From: a virus
Lineage: Duplodnaviria; Heunggongvirae; Uroviricota; Caudoviricetes
Virus record (IMG/VR): IMGVR_UViG_2534681663_000014
Length of the DNA stretch: 4,781 nt
Strand: one strand, 5' to 3'
Positions 1 through 4,781 of the stretch are shown in pieces. The first letter of the stretch is position 1. Every line of letters starts with the position of its first letter. The position numbers and the translations under genes were made by a program. The notes below the pieces were generated by a model, which was not told the DNA's origin, ran no database searches, and saw only the letters and a program-made list of their open reading frames with translations.

Positions 1-1428
1 CTGGGGAACTACAGGCTGACAGTCCGGGCAGTAAATGCGTGGGGGCAGCAGGGCGATCCGGCGTCGGTATCGTTCCGGATTGCCGCACCGGCAGCGCCGT
101 CGCGGATTGAGCTGACGCCGGGCTATTTTCAGATAACCGCCACGCCGCATCTTGCGGTTTATGATCCGACGGTACAGTTTGAGTTCTGGTTCTCGGAAAA
201 GCGGATTGCGGATATCAGGCAGGTTGAAACCACAGCACGCTATCTTGGCACGGCGCTGTACTGGATAGCCGCCAGTATCAATATCAAACCGGGCCATGAT
301 TATTACTTTTATATCCGCAGTGTGAACACCGTTGGCAAATCGGCATTCGTGGAGGCTGTTGGTCAGCCGAGTGATGATGCATCCGGCTATCTGGATTTTT
401 TCAAAGGCGAGATAGGGAAAACCCATCTGGCTCAGGAGCTGTGGACGCAGATTGATAACGGTCAGCTTGCGCCTGACCTGGCTGAAATCAGGACGTCCAT
501 TACGGATGTCAGCAATGAAATCACACAGACCGTCAATAAGAAACTGGAAGACCAGAGTGCAGCGATCCAGCAGATACAGAAGGTTCAGGTTGATACAAAT
601 AATAATCTGAACAGCATGTGGGCTGTGAAGCTGCAGCAGATGCAGGACGGACGCCTTTATATTGCGGGTATCGGTGCCGGTATTGAGAATACGCCAGCAG
701 GAATGCAGAGTCAGGTGCTGCTGGCGGCAGACAGGATTGCGATGATTAATCCTGCGAATGGCAACACAAAACCGATGTTTGTTGGTCAGGGTGATCAGAT
801 ATTCATGAATGAAGTGTTCCTGAAATATCTGACGGCTCCCACCATTACCAGCGGCGGTAATCCTCCGGCATTTTCCCTGACACCGGACGGAAAGCTGACC
901 GCTAAAAATGCAGATATCAGTGGCAGTGTGAATGCGAACTCCGGGACGCTCAACAACGTCACGATTAATGAGAACTGTCAGATTAAGGGGAAACTGTCAG
1001 CCAACCAGATTGAAGGCGATATTGTCAAAACAGTGGGTAAGGCTTTCCCGCGGGACTCCCGGGCACCGGAGCGGTGGCCATCAGGGACCATTACCGTCAG
1101 GATTTATGACGATCAGCCGTTTGACCGGCAGATTGTTATTCCGGCGGTGGCATTCAGCGGTGCTAAACATGAGAGAGAGCATACTGATATTTACTCCTCA
1201 TGCCGCCTGATAGTGAAGAAAAATGGTGCTGAAATTTATAACCGTACCGCGCTGGATAATACGCTGATTTACAGTGGTGTTATTGATATGCCAGCTGGTC
1301 ACGGCCACATGACGCTGGAGTTTTCGGTGTCAGCATGGCTGGTAAATAACTGGTATCCCACAGCAAGTATCAGCGATTTGCTGGTTGTGGTGATGAAGAA
1401 AGCCACTGCAGGCATCAGTATCAGCTGA
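1..1428 (+). CDS. J: Tail-tip host-specificity protein J (lambda gpJ family), C-terminal ~475 codons; 5' end lies upstream of the window
   Basis: Frame 1 is open from base 1 to TGA at 1426-1428; the ORF track starts at 322 only because that is the first in-frame start (GTG). The translation ([30 protein letters not shown]...[41 protein letters not shown]...[33 protein letters not shown]...) is recognisably lambda J from memory. J-lom-stf gene order matches lambda. No frame disruption anywhere in this 1428 bp. Confidence 0.9.
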   Translation: MGNYRLTVRAVNAWGQQGDPASVSFRIAAPAAPSRIELTPGYFQITATPHLAVYDPTVQFEFWFSEKRIADIRQVETTARYLGTALYWIAASINIKPGHDYYFYIRSVNTVGKSAFVEAVGQPSDDASGYLDFFKGEIGKTHLAQELWTQIDNGQLAPDLAEIRTSITDVSNEITQTVNKKLEDQSAAIQQIQKVQVDTNNNLNSMWAVKLQQMQDGRLYIAGIGAGIENTPAGMQSQVLLAADRIAMINPANGNTKPMFVGQGDQIFMNEVFLKYLTAPTITSGGNPPAFSLTPDGKLTAKNADISGSVNANSGTLNNVTINENCQIKGKLSANQIEGDIVKTVGKAFPRDSRAPERWPSGTITVRIYDDQPFDRQIVIPAVAFSGAKHEREHTDIYSSCRLIVKKNGAEIYNRTALDNTLIYSGVIDMPAGHGHMTLEFSVSAWLVNNWYPTASISDLLVVVMKKATAGISIS

Positions 1429-1446
1429 ATTTTATAACCCAGATAC

Positions 1447-1473
1447 GGGCGCCAGAAATGGCGCCTTTTTTAT
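1447..1473 (+). terminator. Rho-independent terminator-like hairpin just downstream of J
   Basis: Perfect palindromic GC stem GGCGCC (1448-1453) / GGCGCC (1460-1465) with a 6-nt loop AGAAAT, followed directly by TTTTTT (1466-1471) then ATT. Begins 19 nt after the J stop codon. Confidence 0.6.
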
Positions 1474-1495
1474 TGCAGAAAAGCGAGAGGTAATT

Positions 1496-2093
1496 ATGCG
1501 TAAAGTTTGTGCAGCCATTTTGTCCGCAGCCATTTGTCTGGCCGTATCCGGTGCGCCTGCATGGGCGTCTGAACATCAGTCCACGCTGAGCGCGGGGTAT
1601 CTTCATGCCCGGACGAACGTTCCCGGCAGTGATGATCTGAACGGGATTAACGTGAAATACCGTTATGAGTTTACGGACACCTGGGGATGGTGACGTCTTC
1701 AGCTATGCAGGAGACAAGAATCGCCAGCTTACCCGTTACAGCGATACCCGCTGGCATGAAGATTCCGTGCGTAACCGCTGGTTCAGCGTGATGGCGGGAC
1801 CGTCTGTGCGCGTGAATGAATGGTTCAGCGCGTATGCGATGGCGGGTGTGGCTTACAGCCGTGTGTCGACTTTCTCCGGGGATTATCTCCGCGTAACTGA
1901 CAACAAGGGGAAAACGCACGATGTGCTGACCGGAAGTGATGACGGTCGCCACAGCAACACGTCTCTGGCGTGGGGGGCTGGCGTGCAGTTTAATCCGACC
2001 GAATCCGTGACCATTGACCTTGCTTATGAAGGTTCCGGTAGTGGCGACTGGCGAACGGATGCATTTATTGTTGGTATCGGATACCGTTTCTGA
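1496..2093 (+). pseudogene. lom: Lom outer-membrane protein (Ail/Lom/OmpX-type beta-barrel family); reading frame broken by two apparent 1-nt deletions near 1680 and 1698
   Basis: ATG at 1496 preceded by RBS GAGAGG (1485-1490). N-terminus MRKVCAAILSAAICLAVSGAPAWA is a typical signal peptide, then [38 protein letters not shown], recognisably lambda Lom. This frame stops at 1691-1693. The Lom-like reading continues as LGMVTS in another frame (1681-1698) and then as [56 protein letters not shown]...GIGYRF in a third frame to TGA at 2091-2093. Total length 598 bp is not a multiple of 3. Confidence 0.85.
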
Positions 2094-2196
2094 CAACAGA
2101 CGCCGATTTATCTTCTGTAAATATTGTTATGATACGCAGGTTCATCCACCTTATGGGGTGAACTGCGTTTGAGGAAACGTAAAGTTACACTGTCCT

Positions 2197-2231
2197 GAAG
2201 CCCGTGGCGTCACTGCTGCGGGCTTTTTTTA
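2197..2231 (+). terminator. Terminator-like hairpin with U-tract between lom and stf
   Basis: Stem AAGCCCG (2198-2204) pairs with CGGGCTT (2219-2225) around a ~14-nt loop, followed by a run of seven T (2224-2230). It lies ~105 nt after the lom stop and 14 nt before the stf ATG. The loop is longer than in a textbook terminator, so confidence is moderate. Confidence 0.45.
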
Positions 2232-2244
2232 TTGGTGGAAAAGT

Positions 2245-3639
2245 ATGACAGTAAAAATTTCTGGCGTGCTTAAAGATGGCACAGGAAAACCAGTACAGAA
2301 CTGCACCATTGTGCTGAAGGCCAGACGAACTAGCAGCACGGTGGTGGTGAACACGGTGGCCTCTGAAAATCCGGATGAAGCCGGACGTTACAGCATGGAT
2401 GTTGAGCATGGTCAGTACAGCGTCACCCTGCTGGTTGAAGGTTTTCCGCCTTCACATGCCGGGACCATTACCGTCTATGAAGGTTCCAGACCAGGTACGC
2501 TGAATGATTTTCTCGGTGCCATGACGGAGGATGATGTCCGACCGGAGGCACTGCGCCGCTTTGAGCAGATGGTGGAAGAGGTGTCACGTAACGCCTCCGC
2601 GGTTGCACAGAATACGGCAGCCGCGAAAAAATCAGCCAGCGATGCCAGTGCATCAGCCAGCGAGGCGGCAACTCATGCAACCGATGCTGCAGCCTCAGCA
2701 CGTGCCGCCAGCACGTCAGCCGGACAGGCCGCGTCGTCGGCTCAGTCAGCGTCTTCCAGCGCAGGAACGGCATCAACAAAGGCTACTGAAGCATCAAAAA
2801 GTGCTGCCGCTGCAGAGTCCTCAAAAAGCGCGGCGGCTACCAGTGCCGGTGCGGCGAAAACGTCAGAAACGAATGCTGCAGCGTCACAACAATCAGCAGC
2901 CACTTCTGCATCCACCGCGACCACGAAAGCGTCAGAAGCTGCCACCTCAGCCCGGGATGCGGCGGCCTCAAAAGAGGCAGCGAAATCATCAGAAACGAAC
3001 GCATCATCAAGCGCCAGTAGTGCCGCTTCCTCGGCAACGGCGGCAGGCAATTCCGCGAAGGCGGCAAAGACGTCCGAGACAAACGCCAGGTCTTCTGAAA
3101 CGGCAGCGGGACAGAGCGCCTCGGCTGCGGCAGGCTCAAAAACAGCGGCTGCGTCGTCTGCCAGTGCCGCGTCAACAAGTGCCGGGCAGGCCTCAGCCAG
3201 TGCCACCGCGCCGGAAATCGGCAGAAAGGCCGCATCGTCTGCTTCAACAGCCACAACGAAGGCTGGCGAAGCCACTGAACAGGCCAGCAGCAGCGAGGTC
3301 TGCTTCCGCAGCGAAGACATCCGAACGAACGCGAAAGCGTCGGAAACCAGCGCAGAATCCTCAAAAACGGCTGCCGCATCGTCGCCAGTTCGGCGGCGTC
3401 ATCGGCATCATCGGCGTCTGCTTCAAAAGATGAGGCGACCAGACAAGCGTCGCAGCGAAGGGCAGCGCCACGACGGCATCCACGAAGGCGACAGAGGCAG
3501 CTGGCAGTGCGACGGCGGCAGCCAGAGCAAAAGTACGGCGGAATCCGCGGCAACGCGCGCGAGACAGCGGCAAAACGGGCAGAGGATATTGCATCCGCCG
3601 TGGCGCTTGAGGATGCGAGCACGACGAAAAAGGGGATAG
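2245..3639 (+). CDS. stf: stf fragment as it stands (N-terminal domain plus Ala/Ser-rich rod); authentic frame is kept only to ~3288, later residues are mostly out-of-frame
   Basis: ORF-track ORF of 464 aa. Its tail ...PVRRRHRHHRRLLQKMRRPDKRRSEGQRHDGIHEGDRGSWQCDGG... is Arg/His-rich wrong-frame sequence interspersed with short correct-frame stretches (TNAKASETSAESSKTAAASS, SQSKSTAESAATRA). Confidence 0.6.
   Translation: MTVKISGVLKDGTGKPVQNCTIVLKARRTSSTVVVNTVASENPDEAGRYSMDVEHGQYSVTLLVEGFPPSHAGTITVYEGSRPGTLNDFLGAMTEDDVRPEALRRFEQMVEEVSRNASAVAQNTAAAKKSASDASASASEAATHATDAAASARAASTSAGQAASSAQSASSSAGTASTKATEASKSAAAAESSKSAAATSAGAAKTSETNAAASQQSAATSASTATTKASEAATSARDAAASKEAAKSSETNASSSASSAASSATAAGNSAKAAKTSETNARSSETAAGQSASAAAGSKTAAASSASAASTSAGQASASATAPEIGRKAASSASTATTKAGEATEQASSSEVCFRSEDIRTNAKASETSAESSKTAAASSPVRRRHRHHRRLLQKMRRPDKRRSEGQRHDGIHEGDRGSWQCDGGSQSKSTAESAATRARQRQNGQRILHPPWRLRMRARRKRG
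2590..3560 (+). repeat. Low-complexity Ala/Ser/Thr/Lys/Glu-rich rod region of Stf with recurring degenerate units of the type AAKTSETNA
   Basis: Frame-1 translation is almost entirely A/S/T/K/E/Q/G, with recurring units AAKTSETNAAAS, AAKSSETNASSS, AAKTSETNARSS, NAKASETSAESS. The DNA is GC-rich (GCN/AGC/TCN codons) and open in nearly all six frames. Confidence 0.7.
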
Positions 3640-4199
3640 TACAGCTCAGCAGTGCGACCAACAGCACTTCCGAGTCACTGGCGGCAACGCCAAAAGCCGT
3701 TAAGGCCGCGTATGACCTGGCTAACGGGAAATACACCGCACAGGATGCAACGACAGCACAGAAAGGGATAGTCCAGCTAAGCAGTGCGACCAACAGCACG
3801 TCTGAAACGCTGGCGGCAACGCCAAAGGCAGTAAAATCAGCCTATGACAATGCAGAGAAACGTCTGCAGAAAGACCAGAACGGCGCTGATATACCCGATA
3901 AGGGACGCTTCCTGAACAACATTAACGCGGTCAGTAAAACAGACTTTGCTGATAAGCGTGGTATGCGTTATGTGCGAATTAGCAACGGTAACCATGCCAC
4001 AGGCGAGTTCCATCGTTTACATCGCATTGATTGGTGGCGCTGGTTACAACGTCGGTTCCCCACATCAGGCAGGCATTTCAGAACTGGTTCTACGAGCAGG
4101 CAATGGAAACCCCAAAGGAATTACCGGGGCTTTGTGGAAGCGTACAGCCGTCGGATTAACGAATTTCGCCTGGATCAACACATCCGGCGATACATATGA
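3507..4199 (+). CDS. stf: stf middle fragment as it stands; authentic frame from ~3561 to ~4010 (AKRAEDIASAVALEDASTTKKGIVQLSSATNSTSE...DKRGMRYVRISNGNHATGEF)
   Basis: ORF-track ORF starting at GTG 3507. The first ~18 codons and the last ~60 codons (RLHRIDWWRWLQRRFPTSGRHFRTGSTSRQWKPQRNYRG..., Arg/Trp-rich) look out-of-frame; the central part is typical tail-fibre sequence. Confidence 0.6.
   Translation: MRRRQPEQKYGGIRGNARETAAKRAEDIASAVALEDASTTKKGIVQLSSATNSTSESLAATPKAVKAAYDLANGKYTAQDATTAQKGIVQLSSATNSTSETLAATPKAVKSAYDNAEKRLQKDQNGADIPDKGRFLNNINAVSKTDFADKRGMRYVRISNGNHATGEFHRLHRIDWWRWLQRRFPTSGRHFRTGSTSRQWKPQRNYRGFVEAYSRRINEFRLDQHIRRYI
3630..3848 (+). repeat. Two in-frame copies of a conserved tail-fibre motif KGIVQLSSATNSTSE(S/T)LAATPKAVK(A/S)AYD, period 132 bp
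   Basis: Copy 1 at ~3630-3716 (aaggggatagtacagctcagcagtgcgaccaacagcacttccgag...), copy 2 at ~3762-3848 (aaagggatagtccagctaagcagtgcgaccaacagcacgtctgaa...). About 85% nucleotide identity by eye, separated by a 15-codon spacer. Confidence 0.85.
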
Positions 4200-4781
4200 T
4201 ATTTACGTTGAGATTGGCAATTATGCGACGAGTGTAAATATCCATTGGGATTGTACTGCAAATGCGTCAGTTTCTGTTTATACCTCGCCAACATATTCAG
4301 CGAGTAAGCCTTCCAGCGTTACCTATGGTGTTGTTTATACGATGTATAGCTCACATCAGAAACCTACACCATCAGATATTGGAGCACTGCCAACAACCGG
4401 AGGAACAGTTTCAGGTCCGTTGTCTGTTACAGGTGGATTAACTGGTTCATTGAATGGTAATGCAAGTACAGCCACGAAATTGCAGACGGCAAGATCTATC
4501 GGTGGAGTTGTTTTCGACGGTTCTGCAAATATTAACCTTCCAGGTGTAAACACTACGGGTAATCAGAACACCACTGGTAATGCTGCAACTGCTACAAAAC
4601 TTCAGACTGCAAGAAAAATATCCGGTGTTCCATTTGATGGTTCTACTGATATCACTTTAACCGCCGCGCATGTGGCTGCTTTTGCCAGAAGGGCAACGGA
4701 TACATATGCCGATGCGGATGGTGGCGTTCCCTGGAATGCCGAATCAGGCGCTTACAATGTCACCCGCTCTGGCGACAGCTA
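3970..4781 (+). CDS. stf: stf distal fragment (frame 1), open to the window end; carries the tail-fibre repeats
   Basis: Frame 1 is open from the stop at 3913-3915 to base 4781; it is absent from the ORF track, apparently because it has no stop inside the window. In-frame starts are TTG 3946, GTG 3958, ATG 3970. Translation ...GGAGYNVGSPHQAGISELVLRAGNGNPKGITGALWKRTAVGLTNFAWINTSGDTYDIYVEIGNYATSVNIHWDCTANASVSVYTSP...HQKPTPSDIGALPTTGGTVSGPLSVTGGLTGSLNGNASTATKLQTARSIGGVVFDGSANINL...GNAATATKLQTARKISGVPFDGSTDITLTAAHVAAFARRATDTYADADGGVPWNAESGAYNVTRSGDS. Probably not an independent gene but the continuation of stf after a frame change near 4000-4025. Confidence 0.65.
   Translation, partial: MCELATVTMPQASSIVYIALIGGAGYNVGSPHQAGISELVLRAGNGNPKGITGALWKRTAVGLTNFAWINTSGDTYDIYVEIGNYATSVNIHWDCTANASVSVYTSPTYSASKPSSVTYGVVYTMYSSHQKPTPSDIGALPTTGGTVSGPLSVTGGLTGSLNGNASTATKLQTARSIGGVVFDGSANINLPGVNTTGNQNTTGNAATATKLQTARKISGVPFDGSTDITLTAAHVAAFARRATDTYADADGGVPWNAESGAYNVTRSGDS
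4456..4659 (+). repeat. Two copies of a phage tail-fibre repeat (GNA-S/A-TATKLQTAR-x-I-x-GV-x-FDGS-xx-I-x-L), period 120 bp
   Basis: Frame-1 copy 1 GNASTATKLQTARSIGGVVFDGSANINL (4456-4539); copy 2 GNAATATKLQTARKISGVPFDGSTDITL (4576-4659). Matches the classic tail-fibre repeat family from memory. Confidence 0.8.

Larger units (their letters stand above)
2245..4781 (+). pseudogene. stf: Side tail fibre protein (lambda Stf / Rac StfR-like), 3' end beyond the window; coding path changes frame at least 7 times as the sequence stands
   Basis: ATG at 2245 with GGTGGA (2234-2239) as a possible RBS. N-terminus MTVKISGVLKDGTGKPVQNCTIVLKARRTSSTVVVNTVASENPDEAGRYSMDVEHGQYSVTLLVEGFPPSHAGTITVYEGSRPGTLNDFLGAMTEDD is the conserved Stf N-terminal domain (from memory), followed by a long Ala/Ser/Thr/Lys/Glu-rich rod. 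The Ala/Ser-rich reading can be followed frame1 to ~3288, frame2 to ~3325, frame1 to ~3384, frame3 to ~3451, frame2 to ~3522, frame1 to ~3560, frame3 to ~4000-4025, then frame1 to the window end. The final part contains KGIVQLSSATNSTSE(S/T)LAATPKAVK motifs and ...TATKLQTAR..FDGS... tail-fibre repeats. Confidence 0.85.

Noticed and set aside
932-1210. Nested + ORF (92 aa) in an alternative frame inside J
   Set aside because: Fully contained in the clearly coding J frame; Arg-rich translation with no recognisable features.
2097-2196. Possible sigma70 promoter in the lom-stf intergenic region (TTGTTA near 2124-2129, TGATAC 2130-2135)
   Set aside because: The hexamers are adjacent rather than spaced ~17 bp apart; no convincing -35/-10 pair found by eye.
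1421-2409. Minus-strand ORFs 1421-1606, 1671-2096 and 2185-2409
   Set aside because: Antisense to the J/lom junction, lom and the stf start respectively. They overlap the terminator hairpins and well-supported sense-strand genes, and none has a plausible RBS or protein-like composition.
2531-3433. Plus-strand frame-2 ORF (300 aa) overlapping stf
   Set aside because: Translation is Arg/Pro/Gln-rich wrong-frame sequence. Only a short internal stretch (~3287-3325, AAARSASAAKTSE) is authentic Stf reading, captured because of the local frameshifts.
2468-3799. Minus-strand ORFs 2468-2779, 2742-3320, 2837-3799, 3361-3594 antisense to stf
   Set aside because: They lie entirely in the GC-rich Ala/Ser-codon region where stop codons are rare in every frame. 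Translations are low-complexity (R/P/H/W- or A/D/V-rich) and the sense strand carries a recognisable tail-fibre gene.
3280-4030. Programmed ribosomal frameshifting or a diversity-generating mechanism as the explanation for the stf frame changes
   Set aside because: Too many shifts, in both directions, with no slippery heptamer plus downstream structure at the sites, and no reverse transcriptase or template repeat in the window. Simple indels (error or decay) explain it better.
4356-4553. Minus-strand ORF (65 aa) antisense to the distal stf repeats
   Set aside because: Lies opposite clearly coding tail-fibre repeat sequence; Pro/Val-rich translation; no supporting signals.
1-4781. CRISPR array, tRNA/rRNA, IS element or integrase, toxin-antitoxin or defence system
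   Set aside because: No short regularly spaced direct repeats with unique spacers, no terminal inverted repeats or transposase-like ORF, no tRNA-like structure, and no extra ORFs beyond J, lom and stf. The window looks like a canonical tail-fibre module.

Overview
This window is the distal tail-fibre module of a lambdoid (lambda/Rac-like) enterobacterial prophage, all on the + strand: the 3' part of host-specificity gene J (1-1428), an intrinsic terminator, lom (1496-2093), a second terminator-like hairpin, and a side-tail-fibre gene stf (2245 to beyond the window end). I see no RNA genes, CRISPR array, IS element, integrase or recognisable defence system, and no novel system that I can support. 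The most notable thing is that lom and stf are not readable as single ORFs as the sequence stands: the protein-like reading frame jumps at two places in lom and at least seven in stf, almost all consistent with single-base indels, while 1.4 kb of J and the first ~1 kb of stf are clean. That is either indel-type sequencing error or real decay of the prophage genes; the sequence alone cannot tell. Secondary observations are a diverged J C-terminal receptor-binding region, an AT-richer replaced module inside distal stf, and two sets of internal tail-fibre repeats. All family identifications are from my own reading and memory of lambda J/Lom/Stf; no database search was run.
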